Positions 47,826-57,693 of a stretch of DNA of 64,000 nt are shown piece by piece. Source of the stretch: Polyangiaceae bacterium (GTDB lineage Bacteria > Myxococcota_A > Polyangia > Polyangiales > Polyangiaceae); NCBI GenBank assembly GCA_044376115.1, contig JBILLK010000038.1, forward strand, positions 27,489 through 91,488. The letters run 5' to 3'. The notes beneath the pieces were generated by a model. The model was not told where the DNA came from, made no database searches, and was given only the letters and a program-made list of their open reading frames with translations. Numbering within the stretch: position 1 is the stretch's first letter; each line of letters starts with the position of its first letter. The translations under genes and the position numbers were made by a program.

Positions 47826-48689
47826 GTGGCGTTCGCTCCCGGGGATATCTTGGATCGCTATGCACTGTTCGAGTGCGTTGGGCGTGGCGGTCAAGCCGAG
47901 GTGTGGAAGGCGGCGGATCGCGGCGATGGGTCGTGGGTCGCGTTGAAACTGGTCGGCATGGTGGAGGACGAGCGCGTCAACGAGCGAGCTCGGCGCGAGG
48001 CGCGAGGCCTCGGGCGGATGACGCACCCCTCGCTCTTGCGTTGCTTGGCGCTGTTCGAGGATCCCAACCGGCGGGTGATCGGCCTGGCCCTCGAGTGGGT
48101 CAATGGCGCCGACTTGGACCGACTGCGCGGCGTGCTCTCGCTTGATCAACGGCGGTGTGCGCTGAACCACGTAATCGCGGCGCTCGCCGAGCTTCATCGC
48201 ACAGGCGTCGTGCATCGCGACGTCAAACTTTCGAACGTGCTGATCGGCGAGCACTTCCTCCCGCGCCCCGAGGAGCCAACCAACGTCAAGCTCGCCGACC
48301 TCGGCATCGCCTCGGTGATCGGCAATCCATCGCCGCTGACCAACACCGGCTTTCTCGTCGGAACCGTCTCGCATTTGCCGCCAGAGCTGCTCGATCCCAG
48401 CAGCTGGGCGTCCCCCGTGTCCCGGCCGAGTCAGGACGTCTTCAGCTTCGGCATCGCCGCCTGGAGGCTGCTCTTCGACACGCACCCGACCGGCCTGCCG
48501 CACAGTGCTGGCCTGCTCGACTACGCGCAGGCCTACCGTGACTTCGCCGAAGTTCCAGAACTCTGGTTACCACCTGCGCCCGGCGACGACGCCTTGCTCC
48601 GAGCCATCAAACGCTGCTTGCGCTTGAACCCGGCAGAGCGCCCGCAGGACGCAGCTCAGGTCGCGAGGGAGATGGCTGAAGGTCGGTAG
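47826..48689 (+). CDS. Ser/Thr protein kinase (kinase domain only)
   Basis: GRGGQAEV, VALK, HRDVKLSN, DLG, PPE. Confidence 0.9.
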   Translation: MAFAPGDILDRYALFECVGRGGQAEVWKAADRGDGSWVALKLVGMVEDERVNERARREARGLGRMTHPSLLRCLALFEDPNRRVIGLALEWVNGADLDRLRGVLSLDQRRCALNHVIAALAELHRTGVVHRDVKLSNVLIGEHFLPRPEEPTNVKLADLGIASVIGNPSPLTNTGFLVGTVSHLPPELLDPSSWASPVSRPSQDVFSFGIAAWRLLFDTHPTGLPHSAGLLDYAQAYRDFAEVPELWLPPAPGDDALLRAIKRCLRLNPAERPQDAAQVAREMAEGR

Positions 48690-48794
48690 CCGCGGCCGCT
48701 AAGCCCGGCGGCGGACTATGCGGACAACATCTCGTTCGTCGTCTGCGCCGTGATCTCGGCCCGCAGCCGCCACGTCGAGCGGTTCACCCACGCG

Positions 48795-49026
48795 CAGCTG
48801 CGACACTACGGCCCTTGTCACGGTGACACGGCGCGATCTGTCGCTCGTCGCATTCCCGACCGCCCTGACCGCTTGACCGTGCTTGCAGATTTGCGCGGTA
48901 TTTCCGCAAGGCCGTCACTCCATTCGTGGCCCGCCCAGCGTGGAGTGCGACATTACGGCGGGTGTCACGGTGAGACGGCGCGATCTGTCGCGCGTTGCAC
49001 TCGAGTTTGGTGGTCCAGCTCAAGAC
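48795..49026 (+). repeat. Element A doublet 4 (hairpins 48799-48844, 48946-48991)
   Basis: 147-bp spacing. Confidence 0.9.
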
Positions 49027-49165
49027 GGTCTCCGCCGTCGGGCGGCTCAGCCTGGTAGGCAACCGCGTGCATCTCCAAGCTGAGGGTCCAGGCCAACGAG
49101 ACTCGATCGAAGGGCGACCAGAATCGCGCGTCCGCGGCTTCCTCCGCAACGTGATCGTCGCCAAG
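49024..49165 (-). pseudogene. Collapsed remnant of nucleotidyltransferase pair (copy 3)
   Basis: Joined pieces matching ~41623-41654, ~41988-42048 and ~42057-42105. Confidence 0.75.
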
Positions 49166-49172
49166 CGCCTAC

Positions 49173-50078
49173 TCATGCAAGCGCAGCGTTGGCAAGCTCG
49201 CCCGCACGCTCCACGGAGGGCATCCCGAGCGCTGGGTTTGGCTGCTCCTGCTCGAGCGACTTGAGCAACCGCCACCGTGCTCGCTCTTGGGCAGCATCGA
49301 GTCGCCGCGCGAGCGATGGTCCGCCGCGAGCTCGGAACCAACCTGCTAGCTCGAGTGACAGCTCGGCGTGCGCCGCCTCCTCGATGGCGATCGGCGCGAG
49401 TCGCGCGCGCAGCTTGGGCAGCGCTGCGGCTTGATGTGCTACCACGGCGGCTGACCAGCGCTCGTGCACGCAGCCTTCGACCTCGTTCTCGAGCGCCACG
49501 TCGTCGAGTTCCCTCACCTCGAGCGAAACCTCGGGCACGGCCGGCAGCTCGGCCCCCAGCTGTGCGGCGAGCGTCGCCATCGCCGTGGCGTGCGCATACT
49601 CCTCGCCGGCGGCTCGCATCGCCCGCTCCACCAGCGTGGACGGCGCACCATGCGCGCTGAGTTCGTGGGCGAGGCGCAGAAACGATCCGATGCTCACCGC
49701 CTCCATGCGCGCAACGCCGGCCCAGAAGGCGCCCTCTGGCGTAGCGGCGCGCAACGGCGCCGAAAACTCGACTCCCGCAGGCGCGCGGCCGCCCGGGCAG
49801 CTCCATCGCGTCTCACAGACCAGTGCGCGTTCTGTGGTGTCCCTCTCGTCGTGCCTGCTGGCCATCGGGTGCAAGGTGCAGCCGATCACGCGACGGCTCT
49901 CGCCGCCACACAGCTGCTTGCACTCCTCGAGCGAAAGACGGCGTTCGTTGCCCAACGATTCCAAGGCGCGTGGACGCTCGTCGTGCAGCGGGACGACCGT
50001 GCGCACGATCGGGCAAGCGCACCCGGCGCTGACGAAGGTCGTGACGACGAGAAGAGGCCGCGCGCTCCGGAACAACAT
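49173..50078 (-). CDS. Ferritin-like domain protein (myxobacterial type)
   Basis: GRAP.G, MEAVS..SF, EEYAHA, NEVEGC, EEAAHA ExxH motifs. Confidence 0.8.
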   Translation of the reverse strand: MLFRSARPLLVVTTFVSAGCACPIVRTVVPLHDERPRALESLGNERRLSLEECKQLCGGESRRVIGCTLHPMASRHDERDTTERALVCETRWSCPGGRAPAGVEFSAPLRAATPEGAFWAGVARMEAVSIGSFLRLAHELSAHGAPSTLVERAMRAAGEEYAHATAMATLAAQLGAELPAVPEVSLEVRELDDVALENEVEGCVHERWSAAVVAHQAAALPKLRARLAPIAIEEAAHAELSLELAGWFRARGGPSLARRLDAAQERARWRLLKSLEQEQPNPALGMPSVERAGELANAALA

Positions 50079-50194
50079 CGCACGATGGTAGCCGGGTCCT
50101 GGTCGCGGAGAACGGGTCGCGTCTCGAGCTGGCTATCGAAAGAGGTGGTCCGGTCTCAGGGTGGGGGCTCGCGCCATCGAGCGCAGCTACCCGC

Positions 50195-52696
50195 TCACGT
50201 TGGCAGCAGAGACTGCAGCAGGCTGAGCAGCTCGTTCGCAGTGTACGGCTTCTGGATCGCGCTGACGTTGCCCGCGCGCCTCAGCGCCTCGATCTGGGCC
50301 AGTTGGTCGTCCGACATAAAACCACTGGCCACCACGACCGGCACCGGCGACATCTGCTCCTGCAGGGCGCGCGTGAGGTCCACACCGTTCATGCCGGGCA
50401 TCGAAAGGTCGGTGATCACGAGGCGAACGTCGGCCCGTCGCTCGGCGTAGATGGCCAACGCTTCGGCGCCACCGCCGGCGGTCAGCACGTGGTAGCCGAA
50501 GCGCTCGAGCAGGAACTTGGTCAACGTTCGAACAGCAAGCTCGTCGTCAACGACCAGGATGGTTTCGCCAGCGCCATGCGGCGGCGGCCCCTGGCTGCGC
50601 CGAGCGTCGTTCGTGGGGGGCGGCGCGGCCGCCGGTAGGTACACGGCGAACGTGGTGCCGTGGCCGAGCTGACTGTCGACCGTCACATAGCCGCCATGGC
50701 CGGTCACGATGCCGCGGACCATCGAGAGACCGAGCCCCGTCCCCTCACCGACCGGCTTGGTCGTGAAGAAGGGATCGAACACCTGCTCGATGATCTCTGG
50801 CCGCATGCCGTCGCCGGTGTCAGTCACCGACACCCTGACGTACGCGCCCGCCGCCATGTCCGCCAACCGTCCTCGAGGCGCGTCCGGAATCGTGACGGCC
50901 GTGACGTCCACGCTGAGAGTGCCGCCCGTCGGCATCGCGTCGCGGGCATTGAGGCAGAGGTTGAGGAACACCTGGTGCATCTGGGTGGGGTCGGCATTGA
51001 TCGCGCCCACGCCCGGGGCCGCCGACAACCGGAATTCCACCGAGGGCGGGAAGGTATCGCGAATGGTCTTCTCCAGGTCGTGCAGGGTATCGACCACCTG
51101 CATGTTCACTCTGGGCCCCACGCCGCCGCGACTGAACGTCAGGATCTGCTTGACGAGCTCACTCCCTCGCGTCGCACTGGCTTCCAGGATGTCGATCACC
51201 TCCAGCTCGGCGTCGCTGCGGCTCCCGGCCTTCAGCACTTCGATCGAGCAGACGATCGGACTCAGCATGTTGTTCATGTCGTGCGCGATCCCGCTCGTCA
51301 GTGTCCCGAGGCTCTGCAGTCGTTGGCCGCGGATCAGTTGCCGTTCGGCGAGCTTGCGATCGGTGAGATCGACCACGAAGGCCACGCCTGACGACGGGTC
51401 ATCCTCGAACGACGCGGCGCCGATGAGCACGGGCACCCGGGAGCCATCCCGGCGGAAGAACTCCTTTTCGTACGACGCGCAGGTCCCTTTCGTCACCACC
51501 TCGTGCAGCGCCGCATCGTCGAGAGGCGCGAACTCCGGCGGGGTGATCGAACGCTGGTTGATCACCCCGGCCATCAGCTCGTCCCGCGTGTACCCGGTCA
51601 TGGCGAGGAATGCGCCGTTGGCATTCGTGACGTCACCCTGCGCGTTCCAGAACAGCACGCCCTGCGCGTCCGACTCGACCAGCCGACGCAACCGGAGTTC
51701 CGCGCGTTTGACGGCGGTGATGTCGGCGTGGGTCAGGACGACGCCAGCACGCGGCCCCACCAACCGGACGATCGTGAGGAGGAACCACCGCCGGGCAGTG
51801 GCAGTGTGACATGGGTACTCCCGTTCGAAGAACGGCTGGTCGCCAGACAGCACAGCGCGCAGTCCGGCGGCGACGGCGACGGCATCGGCGTCATCCGGAT
51901 AGGTCGCGGCACGGTCACATACCGCCAGGTAGTTCTGACCCACGGCCTCCGTGGACAGTTCGGGTGCGTTGCTCTCGACCGCCAACCGCTTCCACTCCGC
52001 GTTCACGAACACGATCACTCCGCGGTCGTCGAGCACAACGGTGCTCGTCTTCAGTGAGTCAAGGATCGCGCCGTGCTGATGTTCCCGCTCACGAAGTGCC
52101 GCTTCGGCCGCCTTGCGTTCGGAAATGTCGGTCACGGCGAGGTTGAGCGCCGGCTCACCGCCGTCAACGGTGGTGACGTTTCCGGTCAGTGTCACCCAGA
52201 CGAGGGTACCGTCGCGTCGTTTGAGTTGCAGCTCACAGGAGCGTTCGCGCGCGGATGGGGTGGCGCCTGCGGTCCAGGCGGCGAGCAAGGCGTGCCGGAA
52301 GCGGAAGAAGACTTCCTGATCCTCCCGCAGGATGCAGCCTGAGAACAGCTGCGTCCCCGACGCGCTGCGCGGCAGGTCCAACAGCGTGGCGAGGGTAAGG
52401 TTGGCGACGACGATCAGCCCCTCCGCGCTGACAGTGCAGTAACCCGCCGGTGACAGGTCGTACAGGTCGAAGTAGCGCGCCCGCGAAGCCTCCAGCTCCT
52501 CGTGCGTCCGACGCAGCTCCTCGTTCTGCAGTTCCAACTCGATCTGGTGCACGCGCAGTTCGTGCAACATCGCCTTCGCCTCCGCCGGCCACGTGTCCGA
52601 GGCGATCTGCGTCGGCGTGGAGCGCAAGGTCGCGGCGGCTTCGGCCCGCGCCCGCAGTGCGGCATCGGGTGTCGCAGGCGGCTTGTGGTGCGTCAT
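50195..52696 (-). CDS. Multi-PAS hybrid sensor histidine kinase/response regulator
   Basis: ELRVHQIELE, PAS domains, GIAHDMNN, NARDAM, FFTTK, GTGLGL, receiver VVDDE/TDLSMP. Confidence 0.95.
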   Translation of the reverse strand: MTHHKPPATPDAALRARAEAAATLRSTPTQIASDTWPAEAKAMLHELRVHQIELELQNEELRRTHEELEASRARYFDLYDLSPAGYCTVSAEGLIVVANLTLATLLDLPRSASGTQLFSGCILREDQEVFFRFRHALLAAWTAGATPSARERSCELQLKRRDGTLVWVTLTGNVTTVDGGEPALNLAVTDISERKAAEAALREREHQHGAILDSLKTSTVVLDDRGVIVFVNAEWKRLAVESNAPELSTEAVGQNYLAVCDRAATYPDDADAVAVAAGLRAVLSGDQPFFEREYPCHTATARRWFLLTIVRLVGPRAGVVLTHADITAVKRAELRLRRLVESDAQGVLFWNAQGDVTNANGAFLAMTGYTRDELMAGVINQRSITPPEFAPLDDAALHEVVTKGTCASYEKEFFRRDGSRVPVLIGAASFEDDPSSGVAFVVDLTDRKLAERQLIRGQRLQSLGTLTSGIAHDMNNMLSPIVCSIEVLKAGSRSDAELEVIDILEASATRGSELVKQILTFSRGGVGPRVNMQVVDTLHDLEKTIRDTFPPSVEFRLSAAPGVGAINADPTQMHQVFLNLCLNARDAMPTGGTLSVDVTAVTIPDAPRGRLADMAAGAYVRVSVTDTGDGMRPEIIEQVFDPFFTTKPVGEGTGLGLSMVRGIVTGHGGYVTVDSQLGHGTTFAVYLPAAAPPPTNDARRSQGPPPHGAGETILVVDDELAVRTLTKFLLERFGYHVLTAGGGAEALAIYAERRADVRLVITDLSMPGMNGVDLTRALQEQMSPVPVVVASGFMSDDQLAQIEALRRAGNVSAIQKPYTANELLSLLQSLLPT

Positions 52697-55641
52697 GACA
52701 TCGACCGTGGGATTGGGCGTTCCGTCGTGGCAATGGCGTACGTGCGGCCGGTCTCGTCGATCATGGCCGTGGAGATGATCGAGACCTCGATACAGTCACC
52801 CGACTTGGTCAGTCGCTGCGTGCGATAGGACTCCAGCAGTTCCGCACGACTCAATTTCGTGAGGATGGTGAGTGCGTCCTCGCGGGCCGGTTCGGGGATG
52901 CGATCCCTCACGTTCATCTCCAGTGCCTCGGCCTCGCTCCAGCCGTAGAGCCGTGCGGCACCAGGATTCCAGGCGAGTGTGCGGCCGTTGAGATCCTGCA
53001 TGGTGATGGCGTCATGCGCATCACGCACCACGATCGCCAGCCGGCGCAGATCGTTGGCTCGGCGCAGATCGTCACGTGTCTTCGCCATCTCCGTCACGTC
53101 GATGAAGCTGATCACCGCCCCTTCAATCACATTCTCCAGCGTGCGATACGGCTGGATGCGCATGGTGTAGCTCCGTTCGTCGCGGCTCAGCACCTGCACC
53201 TCGCGCGGAACGAGCGTGTCGAGCACCGATTGCACGTCGGCTACGAGGCTGGTGTAGTCCACCAGGTTTGTCACGATGTGGGCCACGGGCCGGCCGACGT
53301 CTCCGGCAATCAGGTTGATGATGCTGCTAGCTGCCGGCGTGAAGCGCACGATGCGCAACTGATGGTCCACGAACACCGTCCCGATGCCGGTGCCGGCGAG
53401 CAGGTTGTTCATGTCGTTGTTCACCCGTGACAGGTCGGTCACCTTCGACTGGAGTTCGGCATTGACCGTAGCCAGCTCCTCGATCACCGACTGCAACTCC
53501 TCCTTGGAGGTCTCCATCTCCTCGTTGGACGACTGCAGCTCCTCGTTGACGGACTGCATTTCTTCCGCCGATGCCCGCAGTTCCTCGGTGGAGCTTTCCA
53601 GCTCCTCGATGACGCTCTGGAGGTACTCCTCTTTATCGTGGAGCTCCGACCGCACGGCCGCGACGTGCGCCTCGATATCCGGCGACAGCTGGACGGCCGA
53701 CGTCGTGCCATCCCGCGTGGTGATGGGCAACGGCGCGATCGGCGACGGGTCTGGCGCGTCCTCCAGCACCACCAGAAAGAGCGGCGCTTCTGGTGTCGCC
53801 ACCGGCCCGGTGGTGAGGGGCCGGATGGTCAGATGCACGGTGGTGAAGTGGCCGTTGGTCTTCACGCGCAGGCCGCGTCGCATCACCGTCTCCTTGCCCT
53901 GCACCGCGCGCCGCAGAGCTGCCGTGAGTTCGAGTCGCAGCCCCTCGCGCGCCATTTTCAGGATGTTGTTGATGCGCGCGGCCCCCGGGCTGGGCTCGAG
54001 AAACATGCCGGTACGGCCATGCAGGTAGAGGATGTCACCCTGGGCATTCACCAGCACACCGGCGGCAATGACCTGCGCGAGCAGTGCCTGCTCGGTGGTC
54101 ACGCGCAGCGCGTCGGTTGCCATTGGTGCGAGCCCCGCGCTCCGTGGCAGTGCCGCATCGAGCGCGGTTACGACGGACAGGATCGGCGTGGTCACCAAAC
54201 GGCGCTGGACCTCGCGGCGTTGAAAGATTTTTGCCTTGCGGTCGGGCGCATCGAAGAGATCGAGGAAATCCCCGACGCCTTCGGACGAGCCGAGCAGGAG
54301 AAAGCCGCGCGGGTTGAGCGCGTAGTGCATGAGCGGGACGAGCTTCTTCTGGAGCGCCGCGCCCAGATAGATCATCAGGTTACGACAACTGATCAGGTCG
54401 AGCCGGGAGAAGGGCGGGTCCTTGATGACGTCGTGTTCGGAGAAGACGATCAGGTCACGGAGCGTTTTCTTGACACGGTAAGAGCCTCCGCCTGGCTCGG
54501 CGGTGAAGAAGCGCGTCAGGCGCTGCGGCGACATTTCGTCCGCGATGCTGGCCGGGTAAAGCCCGGCGCGCGCCGTGGCCACCGCCCTTGCATCGATGTC
54601 GGTAGCGAACAGCTGCAGCGGGCACGAGACCTTGAGCGCCTCCATGCCCTCCACCAGCAGCATGGCAATCGAGTACGCCTCCTGGCCGGTGGAGCAGCCC
54701 GCCGTCCACACGCGGATCGCCGCTCCGGGCGCCTTGCCGGCAATCAGCGCCGGAATAACCTGCTCTTCGAGGGCGCGGAACGCTTCAGCGTCACGAAAAA
54801 AACTGGTCACGCCAATGAGGAGTTCCTGAAACAGCGCCTGCGCCTCCGCCGGCGTCTGCTGCAGGAACTTGCAGTACGCGTCGATGCGCTCGATCTGATG
54901 CACGGCCATCCGACGCTCGATCCGTCGGTGAACCGTACTGGGTTTATAGAGGGAAAAATCATGCCCGGTCTGCTCCCGAAGCACCGTGAAGATCTTCCTC
55001 ATGGCGCTCGCCAGCTGCGGTGCTGGCAGGGTGCTGACGTCGCGCCCGGCATCGAAGGCCTGCAGGCTGTAGGCGATCAGCTGGGCCGGCATCGCGCCCG
55101 GCGGTAGCTCGAAGTCCACGAGGCCGGTGGCGATGGCGCTATGCGGCATGCCGTCGAACTCCGTCGAGGCGGTGCTCTGCGCCATGACCATGCCGCCTTC
55201 CGCCTTGATCGCGCGGACGCCCTCGGTCCCATCGCTCCCTGTACCCGTTAGGACAATTGCGATGGCACGGCTTCCCTGATCGGCCGCGAGGGAGCGGAAG
55301 AAAAAGTCGACGGGGAGGCGGTGGCCGCGCGGCTCGGATGGTTCCAGAAGCTGCAGCGTGCCGCTAACGAGCGCCATTTCGCGACCGGGCGGCATCACGT
55401 ACACACAGTTGGGTCTCACGACCACGCCATCCTCCACCTCGAAGACCTCGAGCCGGGTGCAGCGGCCGAGCAGCTCGGGGAGGAAGGACTTGTGGTCGGG
55501 GGCGAGGTGCTGGACCAGCACGAACGCCATGCCTGGATCGACGTCTGCGGGCATGCCGGCGAAGAACGCCTCGAACGCCGCGAGTCCGCCCGCGGACGCG
55601 CCAATGCCGACGATCGGAAACGCGGGGGATTCGAGGGGCAT
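52693..55641 (-). CDS. CheB/CheR fusion with coiled coil and PAS domains
   Basis: GIGASAGG, VQHL, GTGSDG (CheB); GCSTGQEAYS, ISCRNL (CheR); NEELQS repeats. Confidence 0.95.
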   Translation of the reverse strand: MPLESPAFPIVGIGASAGGLAAFEAFFAGMPADVDPGMAFVLVQHLAPDHKSFLPELLGRCTRLEVFEVEDGVVVRPNCVYVMPPGREMALVSGTLQLLEPSEPRGHRLPVDFFFRSLAADQGSRAIAIVLTGTGSDGTEGVRAIKAEGGMVMAQSTASTEFDGMPHSAIATGLVDFELPPGAMPAQLIAYSLQAFDAGRDVSTLPAPQLASAMRKIFTVLREQTGHDFSLYKPSTVHRRIERRMAVHQIERIDAYCKFLQQTPAEAQALFQELLIGVTSFFRDAEAFRALEEQVIPALIAGKAPGAAIRVWTAGCSTGQEAYSIAMLLVEGMEALKVSCPLQLFATDIDARAVATARAGLYPASIADEMSPQRLTRFFTAEPGGGSYRVKKTLRDLIVFSEHDVIKDPPFSRLDLISCRNLMIYLGAALQKKLVPLMHYALNPRGFLLLGSSEGVGDFLDLFDAPDRKAKIFQRREVQRRLVTTPILSVVTALDAALPRSAGLAPMATDALRVTTEQALLAQVIAAGVLVNAQGDILYLHGRTGMFLEPSPGAARINNILKMAREGLRLELTAALRRAVQGKETVMRRGLRVKTNGHFTTVHLTIRPLTTGPVATPEAPLFLVVLEDAPDPSPIAPLPITTRDGTTSAVQLSPDIEAHVAAVRSELHDKEEYLQSVIEELESSTEELRASAEEMQSVNEELQSSNEEMETSKEELQSVIEELATVNAELQSKVTDLSRVNNDMNNLLAGTGIGTVFVDHQLRIVRFTPAASSIINLIAGDVGRPVAHIVTNLVDYTSLVADVQSVLDTLVPREVQVLSRDERSYTMRIQPYRTLENVIEGAVISFIDVTEMAKTRDDLRRANDLRRLAIVVRDAHDAITMQDLNGRTLAWNPGAARLYGWSEAEALEMNVRDRIPEPAREDALTILTKLSRAELLESYRTQRLTKSGDCIEVSIISTAMIDETGRTYAIATTERPIPRSMS

Positions 55642-55851
55642 GGTTGGTTAGGCGGGTTACATCCTTCGCGCCAAACGAGCAAGGGTGCCGAGGGCTTGTG
55701 GATGCCGAGTTCGACGCCAAGGTCACGAGCCCGCGCGATGAGCACCTGGAGCGTTGGAGCGAACGCGAGTACCGTGGCCATGGAGAGCGCTCTTGCTCGA
55801 CCCAACGCCCTCGTCAATCGCGGCTCAAGCGTTCGCAGGTGGACTGATTCG

Positions 55852-56877
55852 ATGAAGCGACGATCGCTCGTGCCCCCCATCCTGCTTCTGCTTGCAGGCT
55901 GCGAGACCAAATACCTGTTCGAGGCGCCCTCAGCCCGCCGCAGCGCAGCGCCGCCCACGGCCGTCGCCGAGGAGAAGCCGCGCGCGCCAACCTCATCGGG
56001 ACGCGACCCGACGATGCCCGCGTCCGCAACGCCCGCGACAGCGACCGCCGCAACGACGGCCGCTCCGAAGTCGCCCGAGGGAGCTCAGACGGCCCTTCGA
56101 TTCCAGACGTTTGCAGAGCGCGCAGACGGCTGTCAGTTGCTCGGCGCCGACGACCAAGCCACCTACCTCGCACCCGGCCTTGGAGGCTGGCGGCACGTGC
56201 TGAAGGTTTCGGCGGACGGGGTCGCGACCGAGCTCCGCCTGAGCGAGCCCTTGGCGGCCAATCGTGTAGCGGACGGCTGGATCTACGGCTGCCTTGGCAA
56301 AGGCATCTGGCAAAAAGCATGCACCGTCGGGCGGGCCCGCATCGACGACGGCAAAGTCGAGCGCCTCGCGGTTCGCGGGGCCGTGCTCGCCCGCGGGATC
56401 TTCGTGGTTGATGATCGGTTGTTCACGCTGGAGGTCCCTGCAGACGGAAGTCACACCCCCCGCTTCGTAAGCGGCGGTCTCAAAGAGAGTCCCGGCGTGC
56501 CCAACGCCATCGAGCAGCCGCACTACGCAGCCGTCGATCGAGGCGTCGTGGTGTTGACGACGGGCGGGACTCGAAACCAGGCCAAGGCGTTCGTTTTGCG
56601 GGGCGAGGCTGCGCCGACGGTGCTGATCGCGAACGAGTTCGTTACGCAACCTCAGCTCGACGGTGCATGGCTGTACTTCGAGGACGACTCGCGACAGCTC
56701 GCACGAATCTCGCTGGCCAGCGGCGCCCGCGAGGTCCTCGGTCCAGCGGCGGAGGACCGCCGCCCTGTGCAATACGCTGTCTCCTCGCGCCACGTGATCA
56801 AGGCGGAGATCGCAGAGGGCGACCGATCCGAAAAGGTCCAATTGAAGCTCCTTCGCGCGGACAAACCGGTGGATTGA
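55852..56877 (+). CDS. Putative lipoprotein, beta-propeller-like
   Basis: LLLAGC lipobox, Ala/Pro linker, beta-rich repeats. Confidence 0.65.
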   Translation: MKRRSLVPPILLLLAGCETKYLFEAPSARRSAAPPTAVAEEKPRAPTSSGRDPTMPASATPATATAATTAAPKSPEGAQTALRFQTFAERADGCQLLGADDQATYLAPGLGGWRHVLKVSADGVATELRLSEPLAANRVADGWIYGCLGKGIWQKACTVGRARIDDGKVERLAVRGAVLARGIFVVDDRLFTLEVPADGSHTPRFVSGGLKESPGVPNAIEQPHYAAVDRGVVVLTTGGTRNQAKAFVLRGEAAPTVLIANEFVTQPQLDGAWLYFEDDSRQLARISLASGAREVLGPAAEDRRPVQYAVSSRHVIKAEIAEGDRSEKVQLKLLRADKPVD

Positions 56878-56890
56878 AGAGCGGTGCGCG

Positions 56891-57117
56891 TCGTCGCTCC
56901 ATTCGTGGCCCGCCCGGCTGCGACATTGCGCCGGGTGTAACCGTGAGACTGCGCGATCTGTCGCACCTCGCACTCCCAACCGCCCTACCCGCTTGACCGT
57001 GCTTTCAGATTTGCGCTGGATTTCCGCAGGCCGTCGCTCCGTTCATAGCCCGCCCAGCGTGGAGTGCGACATTACGGCGCTTGTCACGGTGAGACGGCGC
57101 GATGTGTCGCACTCGAG
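56891..57117 (+). repeat. Element A doublet 5 (hairpins 56919-56964, 57065-57110)
   Basis: 146-bp spacing. Confidence 0.9.
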
Positions 57118-57670
57118 CCGAGGGCATGGGATGGCGGTAGCGCCGTGCTTCGCCTTTGGCGACGTCCTTGCCGCGCGCTGCGAGCTTTGGCGTGCTGCCC
57201 TCGGTGTAGCTGTATTGGAAGTTGATTGGAGCATCGCTCGTGAACTTCAGGCACGGCCAGCCGGTCTTCTCGTCGCCAGCGTTGAAGTCGACGCCCGCAT
57301 CGCTCTTCGGCTTATAGCTCTCTCCGGCTGAAGGCACCTTCTCCGGCACCGGCGTAGCGCTTTTGCACAAGGCATGCACGACCGCGTCCCCCTCACCCAT
57401 CGACTCGCGCTCGTAGGCCATCAGCGCGCCGCGCGCGATCTTCCCGACCGAGTTCTTTGCCTCGCTCGTTAGGCTCGTGCGCTTGGCCGCATCAAACGTC
57501 GCCTTCGGCTTCTTGTTCGAACCCTTGTCATCTTTCTTGGACTTCTTATCGTCCTTGTCGTCGGCCTTGCTGGTGCTCTCGCTCGACTTGTTCTCCTTCT
57601 TGTCGCCACAGCCTATTGCGAGCGAGCACACGGCGAGGAAAGCGAGCAAGCGGACGATGGAGCTCTTCAT
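57005..57670 (-). pseudogene. Pilin-like-domain lipoprotein, 3' end runs into element A
   Basis: AIGC lipobox; SEAKNSVGKIAR, LCKSA, GWPCLKF, FQYSY; last ~45 codons mostly read through repeat DNA. Confidence 0.6.
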
Positions 57671-57693
57671 CCGCGCGAGGATACACGTCGCTG

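Noticed and set aside
55650..55850. Possible gene remnant upstream of the CheB/CheR gene
   Set aside because: Reads protein-like on the minus strand, but I could not assign a family or boundaries
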